Assembly (NCBI GenBank): GCA_034722055.1
Contig: JAYENL010000240.1
Coordinates: 1 to 23,277 of the forward strand
Direction of reading: 5' to 3'
Length of the DNA stretch: 23,277 bases
Source of the DNA: Armatimonadota bacterium
GTDB taxonomy: Bacteria > Armatimonadota > Zipacnadia > Zipacnadales > UBA5352
Part shown: in pieces, positions 15,778-23,277 of the stretch
How positions within the stretch are numbered: the first letter of the stretch is position 1
Layout of the letters: every line of letters begins with the position of its first letter
The notes under the pieces: model-generated
What the model saw: the letters and a program-made list of their open reading frames with translations, nothing else
Told to the model about the DNA's origin: nothing
The model's database searches: none
Translations under genes and position numbers: made by a program

Positions 15778-17898
15778 CTAGCGCTGCAACTGCTCGATGA
15801 CCTCGAGCATCTCCAGGCGCAGGTCGCTCATGTGGCGCAGCGTGGCCTCCGGCGCAGGATCGAACTCCCAGATGTACCGGTGGTCGCGCGGCGCGTCGGC
15901 GAAGGCGTCGATGGGCGTGATGCGCCGCGCCTCCGCCAGCAGCTCCCGGCCCCGGCTCGCCGTCTCGCCCTGGCGGCCGGCGACCAGCCGCTGCAGCGTC
16001 TGCAGCACCCGGTAGTCCTCGATGCCCTCCCGGCGGGCCTCCCACCCCACGGTGCCGATCGGTCCCTGATCGGAGGCGATCATGTACCACTCCCGCCAGG
16101 CCTCGGGGAGCTGCCAGCGGCCCTCCTCGTCCCGCTCGAGGGCGCGCTCGGAGTAGTAGGCCCACTGACCCAGCCCGCCGATCCCCGTCCGCCACGCCCA
16201 CAGGCCGCAGATGAAGCGGTCGAACTCCGGCCGCTGACCGCGATGCCGGCAGTCGTAGGCCCACAGCTCTCTGCCCTCGCGCTCCGCCCGCGCCATCAGC
16301 TCCTCGCTGACTGATCCGTGGGACGCGATCCAGACGTCGTAGAGCTCGCCGATCTGCTCGATGCCGTAGCCGCCGATGGCCGTGACCGTCCGGGCCTGCG
16401 GGACCTTCGCGTAGACCCGCTCGTAGGTCGCGCGGACCGCCTCGACCCGCTCCGGCGTGTTCGGCTCATCGTGCACGTAGAACAGCAGCGGCGGCCAGCC
16501 CAGCTCCTCGCCCATGCGCAGCAGCGTCCTCACGCTCTCGGGCTCCCGGAATCCGCCCCACGTGGAGCCGCACGCGGACAGGAGGATCAGCGGCCGGTCC
16601 GGCGACGCCAGCCCGGCCTCGCGCATCTGTGCCAGCCGCTCGGCCAGGCCGAGGAAGTGCCGGGGGTCATCGGGATCGTAGCGCCAGTTGTGGTGCAGGT
16701 CGATCTCGACGCGGCCGTCCACGTCGTGCTCGGGCTCCACGTAGAGGCTGACGGAGTTCATGCCATGCTCCGCCATGTCGCGGTAGTAGGCGGCCTGCAT
16801 GGGCGCCGTCGCCATCTCCGGCGGCAGGTAGCTGTCGGAGTAGTACATGAAGAACGTGGCGTCGGCGGGGTCGAGCCGCACCTGCGGCACGTCCACGATC
16901 ACCTGCACCAGCGTCCGATCGTCGCCGGTGTAAAGCCACATCGCCAGCAGCACCGTCTCCAGCGGATAGCCCTCCGGCACATGCACGCGCACGCCGTACT
17001 GCAGCACATCACCGGCTGGCACGTCCACCTCCTGCGGGGGAAGCAGCAGCAGCGGATGGCGCTCGTAAGACTGCGACGTCAGCCCCCGCCGGCCGTAGCC
17101 GACCTGCAGCAGCTCGGCGTCGATGGGAGGCCGCCGCGCGTGGGCGAACAGCGGCGCGTCCTGGGGAATCAGCTCCGCGCGCACATCCTCCAGGTCGCGG
17201 AGGGCGCGCACCCCCAGCACGATGGTCTCGAACTGTCCCGGCGGGCAGGCGCCCCTGATCGGTGTGTGGCAGTCCCAGCGCGTGGGGGCGTAGCGGGCCG
17301 GCACGAAGTCGTTGGCCTTGCGGCCGAAGATCATGAAGCCCCGCTCGCGCTCGTGGCTGGTGGGCTCGGTGAGCTCGTTGACCGTCGGCGTGAGGTCGCC
17401 GATGCGCACCGACTCGTCCTCCCACATGCGCACCGCGTCCCAGTGCGCCTCCGGGCCGAAGCTTAGCAGGCCCACTTGTACCACGCTGTCGCTCTCGCGG
17501 GTGCGGAAGTCCAGCTTCAGCTCCAGCCAATCGCCGATGACTGCCCACCCGGTGCTCTTGGCGGCCAGCGTGTTCAGCACCGCGTCGTAGGCCACCAGCG
17601 AGTAGTAGCTGGCTTTCGGCGCGCGCAGGTAGGCGCGCAGGCGATAGCCCGTGTCCGGCTTCACGTGCACGCGCTGCCTGGCCAGCGCGTGTGAGGCGCC
17701 CTCGGGCCTGGCGAGCCTCAGCCACCGCTCGCCCTCCGGGGCGCCGCCGGTCTGCATCGTGGCGACTTCCTCCGCCACGCGCCAGCCGGTCGGCAGCCCA
17801 TCCTGGAGCTGCTCGAAGGAGCCGTTGGTCACCATGTTCTGCGGCTGCGCGGCTGCCAGCGTGCAGGCACACAGCAGCGTCAGGCACGTTGCGCGCAT
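15778..17898 (-). CDS. Secreted carbohydrate-binding-module plus DUF4091/GH123-like glycoside hydrolase domain protein
   Basis: Signal peptide MRATCLTLLCACTLAAA (ATG 17898 after GGGAGAG), CBM-like NMVTNGSFE...GW, YVHDEP acidic pair and C-terminal WEARREGIEDY. Confidence 0.72.
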   Translation of the reverse strand: MRATCLTLLCACTLAAAQPQNMVTNGSFEQLQDGLPTGWRVAEEVATMQTGGAPEGERWLRLARPEGASHALARQRVHVKPDTGYRLRAYLRAPKASYYSLVAYDAVLNTLAAKSTGWAVIGDWLELKLDFRTRESDSVVQVGLLSFGPEAHWDAVRMWEDESVRIGDLTPTVNELTEPTSHERERGFMIFGRKANDFVPARYAPTRWDCHTPIRGACPPGQFETIVLGVRALRDLEDVRAELIPQDAPLFAHARRPPIDAELLQVGYGRRGLTSQSYERHPLLLLPPQEVDVPAGDVLQYGVRVHVPEGYPLETVLLAMWLYTGDDRTLVQVIVDVPQVRLDPADATFFMYYSDSYLPPEMATAPMQAAYYRDMAEHGMNSVSLYVEPEHDVDGRVEIDLHHNWRYDPDDPRHFLGLAERLAQMREAGLASPDRPLILLSACGSTWGGFREPESVRTLLRMGEELGWPPLLFYVHDEPNTPERVEAVRATYERVYAKVPQARTVTAIGGYGIEQIGELYDVWIASHGSVSEELMARAEREGRELWAYDCRHRGQRPEFDRFICGLWAWRTGIGGLGQWAYYSERALERDEEGRWQLPEAWREWYMIASDQGPIGTVGWEARREGIEDYRVLQTLQRLVAGRQGETASRGRELLAEARRITPIDAFADAPRDHRYIWEFDPAPEATLRHMSDLRLEMLEVIEQLQR

Positions 17899-17923
17899 CT
17901 CTCCCGCCTCCCGTCTCAGCCGG

Positions 17924-18114
17924 CTACTCCTGATGGGCCTCGCCCAATGCCGCCTCGTGGATGCTGTCAAGCTCCCGGCTCGGACCCGCCGTCGCCGTGC
18001 CGTATGGAGAGGCAGGACCACTGTCCGGCCTGCCGTTCCTCACGCCGTCCCGCGACCTTCTACTTGTGCTGGGCCTGGCTCAAGGCCGCCTCGTGGATGC
18101 TGTCAAGCTCCCGG
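17924..18114 (-). repeat. 55-bp direct duplication of the oxidoreductase 3' end flanking a REP-like element
   Basis: 17924-17978 versus 18060-18114: 49/55 identical with a perfect 30-bp core. A REP unit lies at 17994-18037. Confidence 0.9.
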
Positions 18115-19133
18115 GCCACACGCAGCCCATCCGCGAAGCTCGGCGACGCCTCTCCGCCCTGCAGGATAGCATCCATGAAGCTCCCGAAGAGCGTCTGCCC
18201 GTCGCGGTACCGCTCAGGGATCTCGCGCCCGGCATACTCCGAGGCCGGGATCTGGTCATCGCGCGGCCGGCGCTCGTAGACCATGATGGCGCCCCCAGGG
18301 TCGTCGCCCCGCACGGCCACCGAGGCCTCCTGGCCATCGATCTCGAAGCCCGAGTAGCCGGGGCTGAAGCGCGAGAGCTGGTAGCTGCCCAGCACGCCGG
18401 TCTCGTAGCGGTTGGCGACGTTGATGGCGTCCCAGGCGGTGACTTCCCCGCTGCCGTCGGCGTCCTCGAGCCGGCGGCGCTCGATGAAGATGGCGCCCAT
18501 CCCCACCGCCGCGACCATCTCCCCCGCGCTCTCGCCCATGGTGAAGTGCGCCAGGTCCAGCGCATGTGCGCCCAGGTCGCCGAGCACCCCGTAGCAGCCC
18601 CTCTCGGCCTGCAGGCGCCACTCCAGCCTCACGTCCGGGTCCGAGATCCGATGCACCGACATGCGGCAGCGGAAGTGCCGCAGCTCGCCGAGGAAGCCCT
18701 CGGTCACCAGGTCGCGGATGTAGCGCACCGAGGGCGCGTAGCGCCGCTGCATGTGCACGGCGTGAACCACGCCGGCCTGCTCGGCTGCCTCCAGCATCTC
18801 CTCCGCCTCGGAGGCGTTCATGGCCAGCGGCTTCTCGCACAGCACGTGCTTCCCGGCGGCGATGGCCTGGAGCGTGAAGTCACGATGCAGATGATCCGGC
18901 AGCGCCAGGCTCACCGCCTGCACGTCATCGCGCGCCAGCAGTTCCGCGAAGTCGGTGGTCGCGAAGGCCGCATCCAGCCCGTGCCGCTCCACGGCATCCG
19001 CGACACGGTCGGGCCGCACGTCACACAGCGCCACCACCTCGGCCCTGTCCAGCGCCGCGTATCCAGTGATGTGATTGTCGCTGATGCGCCCCAGTCCCAC
19101 GACTCCCACGCCGATGGTCTCCGCCACGGTCAC
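18060..19133 (-). CDS. Gfo/Idh/MocA family oxidoreductase
   Basis: GVVGLGRIS, HVLCEKPLA, GVLGDLGAHALD. GGAGG RBS before the GTG start. Confidence 0.92.
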   Translation of the reverse strand: MTVAETIGVGVVGLGRISDNHITGYAALDRAEVVALCDVRPDRVADAVERHGLDAAFATTDFAELLARDDVQAVSLALPDHLHRDFTLQAIAAGKHVLCEKPLAMNASEAEEMLEAAEQAGVVHAVHMQRRYAPSVRYIRDLVTEGFLGELRHFRCRMSVHRISDPDVRLEWRLQAERGCYGVLGDLGAHALDLAHFTMGESAGEMVAAVGMGAIFIERRRLEDADGSGEVTAWDAINVANRYETGVLGSYQLSRFSPGYSGFEIDGQEASVAVRGDDPGGAIMVYERRPRDDQIPASEYAGREIPERYRDGQTLFGSFMDAILQGGEASPSFADGLRVARELDSIHEAALSQAQHK

Positions 19134-19280
19134 TCAGCCTCCGGTGTCATCAGCTCCAACGGCAGGGCTCTCTGCAGATGCGCGTGACCACAACATATTC
19201 ACGGCCCCGCCGGCGATATCCTGCGCGTCCTCAGACTCTCGGTTGCGGAGGGGGCCCCTGCAAGCCAGGTGAGTGCTGGG

Positions 19281-19302
19281 GCGCGGGCGCCCTCGCCCGC
19301 GC
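19281..19302. repeat. REP-like palindrome, same family as 12691-12712
   Basis: GCGCGGGCG-ccct-CGCCCGCGC. It differs from the 12691 copy by two compensatory base-pair changes. Confidence 0.7.
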
Positions 19303-19345
19303 GTTCCACCGACACTTGGAATTCGCACCCGCGATATCCTGCCGC

Positions 19346-19375
19346 TTGCGTCCGGGCGCGCCGGCGGTGTATACT
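19346..19375 (+). promoter_or_regulatory. Putative sigma70 promoter for the epimerase gene
   Basis: TTGCGT-18 nt-TATACT. Confidence 0.55.
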
Positions 19376-19444
19376 CATGACGCCGAACGCCTCGCCCACG
19401 AGACCGCGGCGATTATCATGTGGGGCGGCGGGACACACACCATC

Positions 19445-20407
19445 GTGAGCGAACACACTGGCGAGACGATCCTGGTCACCGGCGCCGCGGGCTTCATCGG
19501 CTCTCACCTCAGTGAGGCCCTGGCGGCGCGCGGGGATCGCGTCATCGGGCTGGACAACTTCGACCCCTACTACGACCCGGCCATCAAGCGCCGCAACGTG
19601 GCCGAGCTGGCGCAGTCGGATCGCTTCCAGCTCATCGAGGGCGACATCTGCGATCCGCAGGCCGTGGAGCGGGCCTTCAGCGACGGGCTCGACGGCGTGA
19701 TTCATCTCGCCGCCCGGGCAGGTGTGCGTCCCTCCATCAAAGACCCCACGGGCTACGCGCGGGTCAACGTGGAGGGGACGGCGGTGCTGCTGGAGGCCGC
19801 GCGACAGCACGCTGTTGACCGCTTCATCTTCGGCTCCTCGTCCTCCGTCTACGGCGCGGCCAACAAGGTGCCCTTCAGCGAGGACCAGCGCATCGACCGG
19901 CCCATCTCCCCCTACGCCGCCACCAAGGTCGGCGCCGAGGCGCTCTGCCACACCTGCCACCACCTCTACGGCATGCCCATCGTGGTGCTGCGCTTCTTCA
20001 CAGTCTACGGTCCCCGCCAGCGCCCGGATCTGGCCATCAACAAGTTCGTGAGGCTGCTGGAGACCGGCGAGCCCATCCCCCAGTACGGCGACGGCTCCTC
20101 CAGCCGCGACTACACCTACGTCGCCGACATCGTGCGCGGCGTCATCGCCGCCTGGGAAAGCGACCTGCAGTGGGAGATCATCAACCTGGGCAGCTCCGCC
20201 CCGGTCCGCCTGGATGAGATGATCGCGGCCGTGGGCGAGGCCGTGGGAGTGGAGCCGGTGGTGGAGGTGCTCGACGACCAGCCGGGCGACGTCCCCCGCA
20301 CCTACGCCAGCATCGAGAGGGCCCGCCGGCTGCTGGGCTGGGAGCCGCAGTGGAGCCTGGCAGAGGGCCTGCGCGAGTTCGTGGCGTGGTACCGCGAACA
20401 GCGCTGA
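19445..20407 (+). CDS. NAD-dependent nucleotide-sugar epimerase/dehydratase (UDP-glucuronate 4-epimerase-like extended SDR)
   Basis: LVTGAAGFIGSH, HLAARAGVRPS, SSSSVYG, YAATK, LRFFTVYGPRQRPD and QPGDV. Start is GTG 19445 or ATG 19418. Confidence 0.92.
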   Translation: MSEHTGETILVTGAAGFIGSHLSEALAARGDRVIGLDNFDPYYDPAIKRRNVAELAQSDRFQLIEGDICDPQAVERAFSDGLDGVIHLAARAGVRPSIKDPTGYARVNVEGTAVLLEAARQHAVDRFIFGSSSSVYGAANKVPFSEDQRIDRPISPYAATKVGAEALCHTCHHLYGMPIVVLRFFTVYGPRQRPDLAINKFVRLLETGEPIPQYGDGSSSRDYTYVADIVRGVIAAWESDLQWEIINLGSSAPVRLDEMIAAVGEAVGVEPVVEVLDDQPGDVPRTYASIERARRLLGWEPQWSLAEGLREFVAWYREQR

Positions 20408-20433
20408 GCCCGGCCCTGCCTCAGAGGTGAGAG

Positions 20434-20461
20434 AGCGGGGAGGGCGGCCGCCCTCCCCGCT
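20434..20461. terminator. Perfect 28-bp palindrome between convergent genes, probable bidirectional terminator
   Basis: AGCGGGGAGGGCGGCCGCCCTCCCCGCT equals its own reverse complement. U-tracts are weak. Confidence 0.6.
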
Positions 20462-20481
20462 GGTTCACGTCCTGCCTGCGC

Positions 20482-21012
20482 TCAGGAGTCCCCCTCGTCG
20501 GACTCGCGCGGGAGGGTCTCGATCTCGTCATGCGCCGAGAACTCAGCCACCTCCGCCGTCTCGGCGACCTCGGCCATCTCCTCAGGCTCAGGCAGGTCGC
20601 TGTCAGGGTGGTGCAGGGCGTGGAAGGCCGCGTCCCATATCTCCCACACGCTCTCCGGCTGGTCCTGTGTGAGCATCGACACTACGTAGATGGCCAGGAA
20701 GGCGGCTGGAACGCTGACGATCGCGGGCTGGTCGAACGGCCAGAAGCCCGCCAGGTGGCCGATAACCACAACTGCCGAGATCAGGCCGCCCACCAGTAGC
20801 CCGGCGAAGGCGCCCTGCTCAGTGGTACGCCGCCACCAGATGCCCATCGCCAGCACAGGGAAGAAGGTGCTGGCCGCCACCGCCAAGGCCAGCCCCACCA
20901 TCCAGGCGATGTTCGCCTCCCGAAAGGCCAGTCCCACGAAGATCGCCAGCGCGCCACAGATGACCACCGCGATCTTCGCCACCGCCATCTTCTGCTGCTC
21001 GCTGGCCTCCGG
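20482..21012 (-). pseudogene. C-terminal fragment of a sodium:solute symporter (ActP-like)
   Basis: PEASEQQKMAVAKIA...NIAWMVGLALAVAASTFFPVLAMGIWWRRTTEQGAFAG matches the last helices of SSS/ActP permeases. The N-terminal two-thirds are absent. Confidence 0.75.
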
Positions 21013-21013
21013 A

Positions 21014-21613
21014 GTGGGTTCCCTGGTTATGATCGGCTGTGGGAGTGGTATCCCCGCCAAACGCGTCACTATCTCGGGCCAGCCAGAGGGTGGCCAGGTG
21101 ATAGTCTCTGAGCCACCGGGGGCATCCGGCCAGACCTATGACCTGGCCTGGTCCGATCGGTGGATCCACGGCGCTGAGCTGTCAGTGACGGCTGTCCCGC
21201 CCGCGGGCTCCACCTTCGATCACTGGTCTGGCGACGTGCCCGCCGGCCACGAGACTGACAACCCCCTGATGCTGACCATGGACCGCAATCGGGAGATCGT
21301 CGCCCATTGGCAGAGCCCGCCGGAGCTGGCGGCCCACATCGACGAGGTCTCGCCCGATCCTCAGATCGAGGGCAATCCAGTTCACTTCGCCGGGCGCGGC
21401 GAGGCCAGCGGCGGCCAGCCCATCGCGGCCTATGAGTGGCGCTACGCCGTGGACGGCGTCGCGCAGCAGTTCGGCGACCAGCCGGAGTTCCACTACTGGG
21501 ACTTCTCCGCGGGCGAGTATGACATCCTTTTGCGCGTGCAGTCCGGTGACGGCACCTGGTCACCGTGGGTGGAGTGGGACGGCAACCCGCTCACAATCAC
21601 GTCCGGAGGCTGA
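21014..21613 (+). pseudogene. 5'-truncated lipoprotein with a divergent InlB B-repeat-like domain and a PKD-like domain
   Basis: LVMIG-C lipobox lacking an N-region, VTAVPPAGSTFDHWSGD...NPLMLTMD (B-repeat-like), and IAAYEW...AGEYDILLRV (PKD-like). Confidence 0.62.
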
Positions 21614-21651
21614 CGGCCGCGGCGGCCTCGCACATACTCCACTCTGTGCAG

Positions 21652-23277
21652 CTACCTGGCGGTCACAGCCCGCAAGGCTAGTAGGGCCTGCCGGCGAGCC
21701 GATGCGACGGCCCGCGGGCTGCGCTCAGCCACGGCCTCGTCCGCCGCCTCCAGCGCTCGCCGGCCCGCCCTCCGCGCGGCCTCGGGGCACTCGCCCCCCT
21801 CCAGCGCCTCGGCTACCATCGCCAGCAGCGTGTAGTCCTCCACGCCCTCCCGCCAGGCCTCCCAGCGGATCGACGGGATCAGCTCCCGCTCGTCGCCGTC
21901 GTAGACGGGCGCGTAGTCATGGCGCTCGGCGTCCCAGGGATCCCAGGCGCTGCCGCCGGCGTCGGCGTAGCACCAGAAGCCCTGGCCGGTGATCCCCCTG
22001 TCCCAGCAGTCCCAGAAGCCCAGGCGATAGCTCTCGAACGGGTCGCGGCTCTTCCCCAGCACCTGGTAGCTCCACAGGATCTCTGAGCCCTGGCGGAAGA
22101 ACTCCAGGCGCTCGCCGGATGCGAACGACAGCTCCGGGCACCACAGGTTCACCACCGGGTCCATTATGTCCAACAGCTCCTGCGTGGCCGCGCTGTAGGG
22201 GTTTGCCAGCACGTGGGCGTCGGGCGCGATCTCCCTGATGACCTCCCCCGTGAGCTTCACGGCCGTGGCCCGCTGCATGTTGCACGGCTCATCGGAGAGG
22301 TACCACGCCACCTGCTCCGGCCCGAATCCCCGCTCTGCCAGACCCTCCCGCATGGCCGTGAACCACGCCACGAAGACCTCCCGCCAGCCCTCCGAGCCAG
22401 GCTCGAGATCGAGCTTGAGCCGCAGGTTGTCCTCCCACTCGAAGCCGGGCCACAGCAGCAGCCACTGGATGTTGTCGTGCGTGCCCAGCCCGGCGTCGAA
22501 GCGCGACCAGTCCAGCGGCTGCAGGCCGCCCTCCTCATCCAGCTCCAGCCACGGCAGATACGGATGCGGCCAGCAGTAGGCGTTAATGTGATGCTCCACC
22601 AGGTCCCGGCGGGCGTCCTCCCAGCGCTGTGGCATGATCCAGTAGCTCTCGTAGGAGTAGTTCCAGGTCACGATGGGCTTCTCGGGGGGCAGCTCGACGG
22701 GCAGCACCCGCAGGTGGACCTCTACCTCAACCGGCGGGCCCGCGCCCTGCGTGACCATTAGCGGCAGCCGGTAGAGACCAGGGCGCGCGCCGCCGCTGTC
22801 GATCTGCAGCCACCACCCGCCCATGAGCCCCGGCGGGAGGGTCATGGAAGCCACGGTCCCCAGCGTCATGTCAGCCAGCGGCAGGGGATCGCCCTTGAGC
22901 ATCTCCACGCCGCCCGGGTGGATGCACTTGACCTCGCGCACCGTCACCCGTGGGGCCTCTTCGGGCTGTTCGGGCACCCTCAGGCGCGCGCTCACCTCGG
23001 TCTCGCCGATGTTGCACAACCGCACCAGCACCTGCTCGCGGTCGTCGAGGCACATCTCTACGTCCGCGTCGGTCTCACGATCCTCCGGCACCGGGCCGAT
23101 CGCGGGGAAGGGCTCGAAGGGGTCGGTGGTCCACACCTGCACGGGTCCCGCCACGTTCGGGAGGCGCCTGCGATTGACATCCGCGGCCACCTGGAAGACC
23201 TCGGCGTGCAGCGGGAAGTACGGCGGGCCGGCGCGGTGATCGACCTCGGTGGGCAGGTCGGCGGTCGCGAGTCGCTG
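21652..23277 (-). CDS. DUF4091/GH123-like glycoside hydrolase domain protein, 5'-partial
   Basis: YLSDEP, NLWCP and PSIRWEAWREGVEDY. The frame stays open from 23190 to the window edge, so the start lies outside the window. Confidence 0.75.
   Translation of the reverse strand, partial: QRLATADLPTEVDHRAGPPYFPLHAEVFQVAADVNRRRLPNVAGPVQVWTTDPFEPFPAIGPVPEDRETDADVEMCLDDREQVLVRLCNIGETEVSARLRVPEQPEEAPRVTVREVKCIHPGGVEMLKGDPLPLADMTLGTVASMTLPPGLMGGWWLQIDSGGARPGLYRLPLMVTQGAGPPVEVEVHLRVLPVELPPEKPIVTWNYSYESYWIMPQRWEDARRDLVEHHINAYCWPHPYLPWLELDEEGGLQPLDWSRFDAGLGTHDNIQWLLLWPGFEWEDNLRLKLDLEPGSEGWREVFVAWFTAMREGLAERGFGPEQVAWYLSDEPCNMQRATAVKLTGEVIREIAPDAHVLANPYSAATQELLDIMDPVVNLWCPELSFASGERLEFFRQGSEILWSYQVLGKSRDPFESYRLGFWDCWDRGITGQGFWCYADAGGSAWDPWDAERHDYAPVYDGDERELIPSIRWEAWREGVEDYTLLAMVAEALEGGECPEAARRAGRRALEAADEAVAERSPRAVASARRQALLALRAVTAR

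Noticed and set aside
17924..18114. Possible diversity-generating retroelement TR/VR pair
   Set aside because: The six mismatches are not confined to adenines on either strand, the repeat is short, and no reverse transcriptase is in the window.
20690..21013. N-terminal extension of the 307-aa plus-strand ORF
   Set aside because: It is the antisense read-through of the symporter fragment, not part of the lipoprotein.

Overview
High-GC bacterial chromosomal window. The gene content resembles Armatimonadota-type genomes, though this is inference only. A mostly minus-strand gene run encodes a DUF6785/DUF6784-like multi-pass membrane protein, a ~1585-aa fusion of a signal peptide, PA domain, degenerate M28 peptidase domain and MacB/FtsX permease, a QW-repeat alpha/alpha-barrel protein, a Gfo/Idh/MocA oxidoreductase, a PHP-domain protein and lpdA. 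The right half encodes a zinc-ribbon membrane protein, a probable lipoprotein with a frameshifted signal peptide, two DUF4091/GH123-like proteins, a second Gfo/Idh/MocA enzyme, an NDP-sugar epimerase and two 5'-truncated genes joined head-to-head. Intergenic regions hold mosaics of several REP-like palindrome families and GCTNNNN heptamer arrays. The best leads are (i) the pseudo-peptidase/FtsX giant paired with the DUF6785 transporter-like protein and (ii) a ~150-nt multi-stem RNA candidate whose first paired base coincides with the predicted +1 of a near-consensus sigma70 promoter (12472-12623). No rRNA, tRNA, CRISPR array, transposase or reverse transcriptase was seen.
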